Source of the DNA: a virus
Lineage: Duplodnaviria > Caudoviricetes
IMG/VR virus record: IMGVR_UViG_3300017700_000695
Location: 1 to 50,990 of that record
DNA length: 50,990 nt
Reading direction: 5' to 3' (one strand)
Positions 9,921 through 17,967 of this stretch are shown here, one piece after another (positions within the stretch are counted from its first letter, which is position 1; each line of letters opens with the position of its first letter). A program made the position numbers and the translations under genes. The notes under the pieces were generated by a model. It did not search any database, was not told where the DNA came from, and saw only the letters and a program-made list of their open reading frames with translations.

Positions 9921-10211
9921 ATGGCCATCGGCAATCAACTCTCTGACGGCAATCCGGACGGCACCTCGCTCGGCCAGTCCGTCACCGACCTCGTCAGCCT
10001 GTACGGCAAGACCCCCGTCGTCCAGCCGGCCGCCACCGCCCAGTCGGCGGTCGCCACCACGGCGATTACCACCCTGGCGACCACCCCCACCGCGACCGAC
10101 ATCGCTGTGGCGGTCAACTCCCTGATCAGCCGCGTCTCCGCCCTCGTGACCCTCGGCAATCAGGTGCGTTCCGACCTGGTGACCTTCGGGGCCATCAAGG
10201 GCTCCGCCTAG
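9921..10211 (+). CDS. Small virion protein (possible decoration/cement protein)
   Basis: GAAAGGA RBS; Thr/Ala-rich; follows the coat gene. Confidence 0.55.
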   Translation: MAIGNQLSDGNPDGTSLGQSVTDLVSLYGKTPVVQPAATAQSAVATTAITTLATTPTATDIAVAVNSLISRVSALVTLGNQVRSDLVTFGAIKGSA

Positions 10212-10738
10212 TGCCTGAACTGCTGATTGGCTGCGGGTCGAGCCGCGTCAAGAAGCTGGTGTACGGAGGCCGCTCCGAGTGGGGCGGCCTCACGACCCTG
10301 GACCACAACGCCGACCACGCGCCCGACATCGTGCACGACCTCGAAACCCTGCCTCTTCCGCTCGCCGACGACAGCTTCGACGAAATCCACGCCTACGACG
10401 TGCTCGAACACCAGGGCCGACAAGGCGACTGGCGGTTCTTCTTCGCTCAGTGGAGCGACTTCTGGCGTCTGCTGAAGCCCGATGGCCTGTTCTTCGGCAT
10501 CTGCCCCGCCGCGGCGTCACCGTGGGCCTGGGGCGATCCCTCCCACACCCGCATCATCGGGCCTGAGTGCCTGATCTTCCTGTCCCAGCCGGCCTATGCC
10601 CAGGTCGGGATCACGCCGATGTCGGATTTCCGGTTCGTCTACCGCGCCGACTTCGACCTCATCCACTCCAACACCAGCGGCGACCAGTTCGAGTTCGTGC
10701 TGCGCGCCGTGAAGCCCTCAAGGGTGACCCTTGGCTGA
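10211..10738 (+). CDS. SAM-dependent methyltransferase-like protein
   Basis: LLIGCG motif I, DIVHDL, DDSFDEIHAYDVLEH, RLLKPDG, DPSH. Confidence 0.8.
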   Translation: MPELLIGCGSSRVKKLVYGGRSEWGGLTTLDHNADHAPDIVHDLETLPLPLADDSFDEIHAYDVLEHQGRQGDWRFFFAQWSDFWRLLKPDGLFFGICPAAASPWAWGDPSHTRIIGPECLIFLSQPAYAQVGITPMSDFRFVYRADFDLIHSNTSGDQFEFVLRAVKPSRVTLG

Positions 10739-11447
10739 CGCCGAACAACGCCACGTCTGGTTCGCGATCCCCGCCTATACTGGACAAGTCCACCTCGCGA
10801 CCATGCGGTGCATCATCACCGACATGCTGGCGCTGGCCCAGCGCGGCGACCGGGTGACGATCTTCGATGAGAGCGGAAACGCCATGATCGGCGACTGCCG
10901 AGCCCTCATCGTCGAGCAGTTCCTCGCCAGCGACGCGACCGACCTGGTGTTCATCGACAGCGATGTCAGCTGGGAAGCCGGGGCTCTGGTTCGCCTGGTC
11001 GATCACCCGGTGGACTTCGTGGCCGGCATCTATCCGCAGCGACGCGACCCGATCGCCTACTGTGTCCAGTGGCTGCAGGAACACGCGGAGCTTCCCTTCA
11101 ACCCAGAGACCGGCCTGATCGAGGTCATGGGCGTGCCGGCGGGCTTCATGCGGATGCGCCGTGCCATGCTGGAGCGGATGGTGGAGCAGTACACCGACAC
11201 CGCATTCTTCTGCGAGGTCGCGCCGAACCAGACTGCGCACGCCCTCTTCGACCCGTTCCGCATCGGAAAGCTGAAGTTCGGCGAGGACTATTCGTTCTGC
11301 AAGCGCTGGCGAGACATCGGCGGCCAGGTCTGGATCGATCCTGAGATCCAGATGGGCCACACTGGATACAAGACCTTCGTCGGCTCAATCGGCCAATGGC
11401 TGAAAGATCGCCCCGCCGAAACCCCGGCGTTTGACGCCGAAACCTGA
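10731..11447 (+). CDS. Glycosyltransferase (GT-A-like) protein
   Basis: AIPAY, LVFIDSDV (DxD), AGFMRM, GEDYSFCKRW, GHTG. Confidence 0.8.
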   Translation: MADAEQRHVWFAIPAYTGQVHLATMRCIITDMLALAQRGDRVTIFDESGNAMIGDCRALIVEQFLASDATDLVFIDSDVSWEAGALVRLVDHPVDFVAGIYPQRRDPIAYCVQWLQEHAELPFNPETGLIEVMGVPAGFMRMRRAMLERMVEQYTDTAFFCEVAPNQTAHALFDPFRIGKLKFGEDYSFCKRWRDIGGQVWIDPEIQMGHTGYKTFVGSIGQWLKDRPAETPAFDAET

Positions 11448-11480
11448 CCCTCACTCAACCCGAAAAGAAGGAGCCACACC

Positions 11481-11789
11481 ATGGGCGCCACCATGCATGA
11501 AGACCGCTACGGCGTGGTCTCGCAATCCCTCGATGTCCTGTCCGTCGACGCCAACCTCACGGCTGAGCGCGACTTCACCGTCATTGGCCTGAAGCCGGGC
11601 GACTTCGTGTCGGTCTGCAAGCCGACCCTCAGCGCCGGCCTCGGCGTGGTCAATGCCAGGGTGAAGGCCGCCGACACCCTCTCCATCACCTATGTCAACG
11701 CCACCGCGTTGGCCATCGACCCGGGCGCTGAAACCTATCTGATCTTCTGGTTCCGCCCCGAGGCCGCCACTTCCCGCGTCAACGTCTAA
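11481..11789 (+). CDS. Small beta-rich virion protein (possible capsid decoration)
   Basis: AGGAG RBS; FTVIGLKPGDFV and ARVKAADTL.I...N pattern. Confidence 0.6.
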   Translation: MGATMHEDRYGVVSQSLDVLSVDANLTAERDFTVIGLKPGDFVSVCKPTLSAGLGVVNARVKAADTLSITYVNATALAIDPGAETYLIFWFRPEAATSRVNV

Positions 11790-11800
11790 GGAGAGCCGGA

Positions 11801-12382
11801 ATGGCCCGCTCGTACGTCTTCTCCACTGATCTGAAGCTCTACCACCCCGCCGAGCCGGAGGGCCGCGTCTTCCCGGCCGGGTCGACCGACCCGGGCGCGG
11901 CCTGGTCCGACACCCCCGGCGGCGACCGCTCCGAAAGCAAGAGCGTCGCCGGCATGGCCAAGGACCTCATCGAGGCCAGCGACCGGGCCGACGCGCTCGC
12001 CGCTACCGTCTCCCGCAACGCCTCTGACCTGGCCGAGATGGGCAAGGTCAGGGATGACGCTGTCGCCAAGGCCGGCGCCCTGGAGCAACGCGTCGTCGAT
12101 GCCGAACGGCTGCGCGACCAAGCCCAGGCCCTGGCGGAATCGGCCACCAAGGAGCGGGACACCGCGCGCGCTGAAGTCGAGCGCCGCGGCGGGCTGCTGA
12201 CCAAGGTGGAGAAGGAGCGCGACGACGCTATCGCCGCCGCCGAACTCTACGCCGAGGAGGTCCAGAAGCTCGGCGAGGCCAACGCGGCGCTCACCGCCCA
12301 GGTCGCCAAGTTCGACGGGGACGGAGACGGCAAGGTTGGTGGCAAAGCCAGGGCGACCAAGCTCGAAGCCGAACCGGCCTGA
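11801..12382 (+). CDS. Coiled-coil hypothetical protein
   Basis: AAGGAG RBS; heptad-rich; DGDGDGK near the C-terminus. Confidence 0.6.
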   Translation: MARSYVFSTDLKLYHPAEPEGRVFPAGSTDPGAAWSDTPGGDRSESKSVAGMAKDLIEASDRADALAATVSRNASDLAEMGKVRDDAVAKAGALEQRVVDAERLRDQAQALAESATKERDTARAEVERRGGLLTKVEKERDDAIAAAELYAEEVQKLGEANAALTAQVAKFDGDGDGKVGGKARATKLEAEPA

Positions 12383-12411
12383 CCCCAACCACGGCGCGCG
12401 GAGGCTCCTAG

Positions 12412-13065
12412 ATGGCCCTGACCACCTATGCCGAGCTCTCCGCCGCCGTGGCCGACTGGCTTGAGCGTGGCGACCTGGCCACGCGCATCCCCGACTTCAT
12501 CGCGCTCACCGAGAGCCGCCTGAACCGGGAACTGAAGATCCGGACCATCGAGACCACGGCGGCGCTCACCGGCGTCGTCGGGTCGCGGTTCATCGCCTTG
12601 CCCGCCAGCTTCCGGGAGCCGCAGAACCTCTGGCGTGCCCCGGCCGATGGCCGCCGGGAGCCGCTGCGCTTCATCACGCCGGAACTGATGCAGGCCGAGA
12701 CGGTCCAGGGCGAGCCCCAGCAATGGGGCATCGACGGCAGCAACATCGCCTTCGAGCGGCCCTGCGACCAAGCCTACACCTTCGCGCTGCGTTATCTCGG
12801 CGTGCTGGACCTGGCGACGACCCTGACGAACCTGGTCCTGACCGAATACCCCGACCTCTACCTGTTCGGCGCCTGCTGCGAGGCCGGCCCGTTCCTGCGG
12901 GATAACGATCTGCTGACCATCTTCGACACCCGGTTCAAGGAGGCGCTCGCCCAGGCCAAGGCCAAGGAGTCGAGCAACAAAGCGGCGGTCACGCTCTCGA
13001 CCGAGCCCGCTATGCTGATCGGCCGCCGAAACCGCGGCGCCTTCGACATCGAGTCCGGAACGTGA
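12412..13065 (+). CDS. Head-tail adaptor protein
   Basis: TYAEL..AVADWL.R.DL...IPDFI..E.RLNR.L and YPDLYLFG motifs. Confidence 0.8.
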   Translation: MALTTYAELSAAVADWLERGDLATRIPDFIALTESRLNRELKIRTIETTAALTGVVGSRFIALPASFREPQNLWRAPADGRREPLRFITPELMQAETVQGEPQQWGIDGSNIAFERPCDQAYTFALRYLGVLDLATTLTNLVLTEYPDLYLFGACCEAGPFLRDNDLLTIFDTRFKEALAQAKAKESSNKAAVTLSTEPAMLIGRRNRGAFDIESGT

Positions 13066-13310
13066 TCGTCGATCCGGTCGGCCCCGATGTTCCGCCCGGC
13101 CTGGCGCCGCTGCTGACCTCCATGCGCGAGGCCATCATGGAACTGCTGGCGCCAACCCAGCCGCGCTTGGCCTATCGCTGCGCCTCGACCGACCTTCCCC
13201 GCCCAGCGTCCGATTGGACCGGGACCATCGTCGATCTCGACGACATCGCCACCCTGGCGAAATCCGATGGGGCCAACTGGCTCAGGGTCGACACCGGAGG
13301 AACGCTCTAG
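13062..13310 (+). CDS. Small tail-associated protein
   Basis: Coupled ORF with SDGANWLRV motif. Confidence 0.55.
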   Translation: MIVDPVGPDVPPGLAPLLTSMREAIMELLAPTQPRLAYRCASTDLPRPASDWTGTIVDLDDIATLAKSDGANWLRVDTGGTL

Positions 13311-13916
13311 ATGCCGTCATCTGCAACATCGTCTCTCCGCATCCAGAAGATCGGGATCGGCGAGCAACTCAACTTGTGGGGCGAGAGCCTCAACACCGAC
13401 TTCGACCTGATCGACAAGGCCATCGCTGGCCTCTCGACCATCGCCTTGACCGGCAACTACACCCTGACCTCGACCAACTACGCCGCCGACGAAGCCCGCT
13501 CGGCAATGTTGAAGTTCACCGGGACCGGCCCCTACACCGTCACCATCCCCTCGGTGAGCAAGACCTACCTGATCTGGAACGCCTGCTCTGCCGCGGTGAC
13601 GATCACCACGGGCGCGGGCTCGACAGTCTCCATCGACGCCGGCGCCAAGGTGGTGGTGTTCTGTGACGGCTCCGGGGTCGGGACCCTCGGCTACGGCGGC
13701 TACGACCTCAAGACCTACATCGACAGCGCCGTGCTGGCCGCGACGGGGAGTCTTCCGGCGGTGACGGGGAACGCCGGGAAGTACCTGTTCTGCGATGGGG
13801 TGGTCTGGGCGCCGCGCACGCCCGTTGTCGCCGACATCTCCGACTACGCCTCCGATCAGGCGGCCAAGCTCGCCACCGCGACCGGCCTGGCCGTCGCTCT
13901 CGCCATCGTACTCTAA
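13311..13916 (+). CDS. Tail fibre/needle-related structural protein
   Basis: GEQLNLWG..LN..FDLIDKAIAG and VFCDGS motifs; position in the tail cluster. Confidence 0.65.
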   Translation: MPSSATSSLRIQKIGIGEQLNLWGESLNTDFDLIDKAIAGLSTIALTGNYTLTSTNYAADEARSAMLKFTGTGPYTVTIPSVSKTYLIWNACSAAVTITTGAGSTVSIDAGAKVVVFCDGSGVGTLGYGGYDLKTYIDSAVLAATGSLPAVTGNAGKYLFCDGVVWAPRTPVVADISDYASDQAAKLATATGLAVALAIVL

Positions 13917-13927
13917 GGATCAGCGCA

Positions 13928-14338
13928 ATGGCCGTCACCGGCAACAACGTCATCACGCCCCAGACGCCGAAGTCCGGTGTCACCGTTTGCACCACGGCGA
14001 ACACGACCTATTCCGACACCCCGACCAACACGCAAAAGCTGATCACGGCTGGCGCCAACGGTGCGCGGGTGACGAAGATTACGGCTATGGCGCGCGCGAC
14101 CGTGACGGCGACGGAGCTTCAGCTTTATGTCTCCTACGACGCAGGGACGACCAAGAAGCTGATGAACTCCAAGCTCATGGCCGCCTATACCGTGGCCCAG
14201 ACGACCGCCAACGTCCCGACCGATTTCGGCTACACCGAAGACCTGCCGCTTCAACTGCTGGCCGGCGCCGAGATCTACGCTGCCATCGGGGTCACGAACA
14301 CCGGGATCGTCTTCCACGCTGAGTGGGGCGACTACTGA
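13928..14338 (+). CDS. Structural beta-sandwich protein
   Basis: Thr-rich ORF in the tail cluster with an RBS. Confidence 0.55.
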   Translation: MAVTGNNVITPQTPKSGVTVCTTANTTYSDTPTNTQKLITAGANGARVTKITAMARATVTATELQLYVSYDAGTTKKLMNSKLMAAYTVAQTTANVPTDFGYTEDLPLQLLAGAEIYAAIGVTNTGIVFHAEWGDY

Positions 14339-14889
14339 TGCGTCCCGGCCTGAAGGGGATTCCCCCAATCAGCCAAAGCATGAACCCGCCGCTGAAGACG
14401 ACGCCGCGCGTTTTCAGCCAAGGCTATGCCCGCACCTATGGGCCAGGGTCCGCGACTTGGGTCTGCCCGGCGTCCGGGACCTATCGCTTCGTGGCTGGCG
14501 GCGGTGGCGGTGGCGGTAGCGGCTCGGATGGCGGCGGCGGCGGAAGCCAGGCGCAAAAAGTTCGTCGGGTGAGTGCTGGCGAGAGCGTCGCCCTGGTCGT
14601 CGCATCGACAGCCAGCGTCGGCAGCAATGGCGACGACACAACGGCGACATTCGCAGACGGCGCGGTTGTGACTGCTGGGGGTGGAGATGGTGGCGGCGCC
14701 GGCGGCGCGGCTGGCGTAGCGACCGGGGGGGACGTCAACACCAACGGCACGGCGGGTTCTGGCGCGACGCCTGGCAACGGCGGCTCCAGCGGTTTGTTTG
14801 GTCTGCCGGGCGGAAAGGGTGGCCCAGGCGAAGGGCTTGGCACGTCTTCCTCAATCGGAAGCCTGGTCATTGTGCGCGAGGGCGCATGA
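14338..14889 (+). CDS. Glycine-rich tail fibre-like protein
   Basis: TWVCPASG, GGGGGG, TAGGG.GG repeats. Confidence 0.65.
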   Translation: MRPGLKGIPPISQSMNPPLKTTPRVFSQGYARTYGPGSATWVCPASGTYRFVAGGGGGGGSGSDGGGGGSQAQKVRRVSAGESVALVVASTASVGSNGDDTTATFADGAVVTAGGGDGGGAGGAAGVATGGDVNTNGTAGSGATPGNGGSSGLFGLPGGKGGPGEGLGTSSSIGSLVIVREGA

Positions 14890-16682
14890 CCCGCGTCCCC
14901 CTCGACATCCCGCCCGGCCTCAACGGCGACGACACCGCCTACGCCGCCGCCGGCCGATGGGCCGATGCGTCGAATGTCCGCTTCTACCGCGGACGGCCCC
15001 AGGTGATCGGCGGGTGGGAGAGCCTGACTTCCGAACTGCTGACCGGCGTCTGCCGCAGCGTGTTCAACTGGACGAACCTGCAGACCAGCCTCAACGTCGG
15101 CTTCGGAACCCACTCCAACCTTGAGGTCTGGATCGGCGGCGGGCTCTACGACATCACGCCGGCGCTGGCGATGCCGTCGGTCGCCTTGGGGGCCGACCCG
15201 CTAGGCGTCGTCAACCTGTCCGCCGTCGTCACCGTTCAACATCCCGGCCACGGCCTCTCCACCGCAGACACGATCATCGTCTCCGGGGCGGCTGCAATCG
15301 GCGGAATCACGCCCAACGGCGGTCCCTTCGCGATCACGCGGCTGAGCGCCGACGCCTACAGCTTCGTTTTCACGTCGCCAGCCACCTCGACGGTCTCCGC
15401 TGGCGGCGGGTCGGCTGTCGTCATCGCGCCCCAGGTCGCCTTCGCAGCCGGCGCGATCAACGGCACCGGCGGGGCTGGCTACGGGACCGGCGCCTATTCC
15501 ACCGGGGCGTATAGCGAGCCGTCAACGTCCGACTATTTCCCCCGGACCTGGGCGCAGGGCGCCTGGGGCGAGAACCTGATCGCCAACCCCCGCGGCGGTG
15601 CGATCTATCAGTGGCAGAACAACACCGGGACCGACGCCGCGCCGGTCGCCAACTCGCCCGCCAACGTCACCCACATGGTGATCGCCCCGCAGGACCAAGT
15701 CTTCGCGCTGGGGTGCAATCAGGAGGTCAGCGGCGCCTTCAATCCGCTCTGCATCCGGCACAGCGGCATCCGACAGATCACGGTCTGGAACACGGCGGCC
15801 GACACCACGGCCCGGGAATACATCCTGCCAGGCGGCGGCCGCATCGTCGCCGGCCGGGTGATTGGGCGCTATCTGCTGGTCTGGACCAGCCACAGCCTGT
15901 TCCTGGGGACCTATGTCGGCTCTCCCGGCCAGGTCTGGCGCTTCGACCGGGTCGGTGAAAAGTGCGGTCTCATCGGGCCCAACGCCGCCGTTGTTGTCGG
16001 TCAGACCGCATTCTGGCTTGGCCCCGATCTGCAGTTCTACGCCTACAGCCTCGGCGGCGCCGTCCGCCCGGTGGAGTGCCCGATCCGCGAGGACATGGCC
16101 GACAACCTGACACCGTCGCAAGGCGACAAGGTCACGGCGTCCTCGACCTCGACCTTCAACGAAATCCGCTTCGACTATCCCGACGCCAGGGACGGCACGG
16201 AAAACAGCCGCTACCTCACCCTCGTCGTTGACGGCAAGGATGCGGGCGCCTGGAGCCGGGGCGAGATGGCTCGGACGGCCTATGTCGATGCGGGCCCCTC
16301 GGCGTTCCCTATCGGGGTTACACCTGAGGGTGCGGTCTACTACCACGAGCGCGGCAAGAGCGCCGATGGCGGCGCCTTCGCCTGGCATCTCGAAACCGCC
16401 GACACCTACATCGACGACAGCCGCACCGCCCTGGTGAAGGGCCTCTGGCCGGATTTCGCCGATCAGGTCGGCCCGATAATGATCAAGATCACCTCGCTAC
16501 TGAAACCCCAGGACCCCAACCCGCGCGACAAGGGTGAGGTCGCCATGGCGGTCGGCGACTCCAAGGCCGATTACCGGATCAGCGGTCGGCTCTTCCGGGC
16601 CAGGTTCAGCGGCAACAGCGCCCCGACGTCGGCCAGGTTCGGGCGACTCAACTTCGACATCGAGCGGACCGGCGCCCGGTGA
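14886..16682 (+). CDS. Tail tubular/nozzle protein (P22 gp10-like position)
   Basis: 598 aa; RW.DASNVRF..G.PQ.IGGW, CGLIGPNA; beta-propeller-like composition. Confidence 0.75.
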   Translation: MTRVPLDIPPGLNGDDTAYAAAGRWADASNVRFYRGRPQVIGGWESLTSELLTGVCRSVFNWTNLQTSLNVGFGTHSNLEVWIGGGLYDITPALAMPSVALGADPLGVVNLSAVVTVQHPGHGLSTADTIIVSGAAAIGGITPNGGPFAITRLSADAYSFVFTSPATSTVSAGGGSAVVIAPQVAFAAGAINGTGGAGYGTGAYSTGAYSEPSTSDYFPRTWAQGAWGENLIANPRGGAIYQWQNNTGTDAAPVANSPANVTHMVIAPQDQVFALGCNQEVSGAFNPLCIRHSGIRQITVWNTAADTTAREYILPGGGRIVAGRVIGRYLLVWTSHSLFLGTYVGSPGQVWRFDRVGEKCGLIGPNAAVVVGQTAFWLGPDLQFYAYSLGGAVRPVECPIREDMADNLTPSQGDKVTASSTSTFNEIRFDYPDARDGTENSRYLTLVVDGKDAGAWSRGEMARTAYVDAGPSAFPIGVTPEGAVYYHERGKSADGGAFAWHLETADTYIDDSRTALVKGLWPDFADQVGPIMIKITSLLKPQDPNPRDKGEVAMAVGDSKADYRISGRLFRARFSGNSAPTSARFGRLNFDIERTGAR

Positions 16683-17056
16683 TCCCCGCCTGCGAATGGG
16701 ACCGCTGCGCGCACTGGATTGAAGCCGCGCTCGAACATAGCGGCGGGTCGCACCTCATAGAGGATGTCCGCTACCTCTGCGAGACCGACCCGGACTACCG
16801 GTTCCTGCCCGGCGAGCGGGCCGCGGCCGTCGTCCAGGTCATCGAATACCCCCGCCTGAAGCGGCTCCACCTCTGGCTCAACGGCGGCGACATGGCCGAA
16901 TTGGTCGAGGTTCTCCTGCCTATCGCCGAAACCTGGGGAAAAGCCCAGGGCTGCACCCAAGTCACGACCGCCGGTCGCCCAGGTTGGGACCGCGTCATGG
17001 CGCGCTATGGCTTCGAGCCCGCCGCCCGCATCTGCATGAAGGAATTGACGTCATGA
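16679..17056 (+). CDS. GNAT-like phage assembly protein
   Basis: LHLWLNGG, W.KAQGC....GRPGW.R motifs; precedes the ejection genes. Confidence 0.7.
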   Translation: MIPACEWDRCAHWIEAALEHSGGSHLIEDVRYLCETDPDYRFLPGERAAAVVQVIEYPRLKRLHLWLNGGDMAELVEVLLPIAETWGKAQGCTQVTTAGRPGWDRVMARYGFEPAARICMKELTS

Positions 17057-17964
17057 GTTTCGGCATCAGCGGCAGCAAGTCGAAGCAGAAAAGCTCGACG
17101 GACTCCAACCTCACCTCGACCACGACCCCCAACGTTCCCGACTGGCTGCTGGACCCGGCCAAGGCGTCGGCGGCCAACATCACCAAGCTTGGCGCGACCG
17201 ACCCGTCCACTTTGGTCCTTGGCGAGGATCCGCTGCAGGCCCAGGCCCGCGTCCGCGCCGGCGGCCTGACCGGCTCGCCTTGGAACTTCGACGCCGCCGC
17301 CGATCTCACCCGAGGCATCGCGGGCCAGAGCGCGAAGAAAGTCGAGGCCGCCAGCCTGCTGGACAACCTCGACAGCTACACGTCGCCCTACCGCAAGGAC
17401 GTGGTCGACGCCACGGCGGCGGACTTCGACGCCAACGCCGGAAGGACCCGCGCTCAACAAGACCTAGCGATCGCCGGAGAGGGCGCTTTCGGGGGCTCTG
17501 GCGCGGCTCTGACCAAGTCGGCCACTGAGGGCGAGTTGGCGCGCGGCCGGGCGACGACCATGGCGACGCTGCTGGACCAGATGTTCAACACCGGCGCCGG
17601 GCTCTCCAACATGGACGCCGGCCGCCGTCAGGCCGCCAGTTCCGAGAACGCGTCGCTCGCCATGCAGCAGCGGGCGCAGACCCTGGACGCGGCCCGCCAA
17701 CTCGCCGACCTGTCCGCAGGCTTCGACGCCACCCAGCGGGCCAACATCGCCACCCAGGCCGCGGCCGGCGCGACCGCGCGGGATATCGCCACCGAGCAGG
17801 TCCAGGCTCCGTTCAACCTGCAGGACTGGATCAACCAAGCCCTGGCGGGCCTCAACGGCGAAATGTTCACCGGGAAGACCACAAACGAAGTCGGATCGTC
17901 GAAGTCGACGGGCTCTGGCAGCACGATTGGGGCGTCGGCGTCGGCATCCTACGGGGGCAAATAG
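17053..17964 (+). CDS. DNA ejection (pilot) protein, gp7-like
   Basis: GSKSKQ/TTTP..P.W N-terminus, YTSPY, GAFGGS; Ala/Gln-rich. Confidence 0.7.
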   Translation: MSFGISGSKSKQKSSTDSNLTSTTTPNVPDWLLDPAKASAANITKLGATDPSTLVLGEDPLQAQARVRAGGLTGSPWNFDAAADLTRGIAGQSAKKVEAASLLDNLDSYTSPYRKDVVDATAADFDANAGRTRAQQDLAIAGEGAFGGSGAALTKSATEGELARGRATTMATLLDQMFNTGAGLSNMDAGRRQAASSENASLAMQQRAQTLDAARQLADLSAGFDATQRANIATQAAAGATARDIATEQVQAPFNLQDWINQALAGLNGEMFTGKTTNEVGSSKSTGSGSTIGASASASYGGK

Positions 17965-17967
17965 ACC

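Noticed and set aside
11265-11300. Forward reading of array unit 3 against the FGEDYS region of the glycosyltransferase
   Set aside because: Only about 12/24 bases match, which is within chance.
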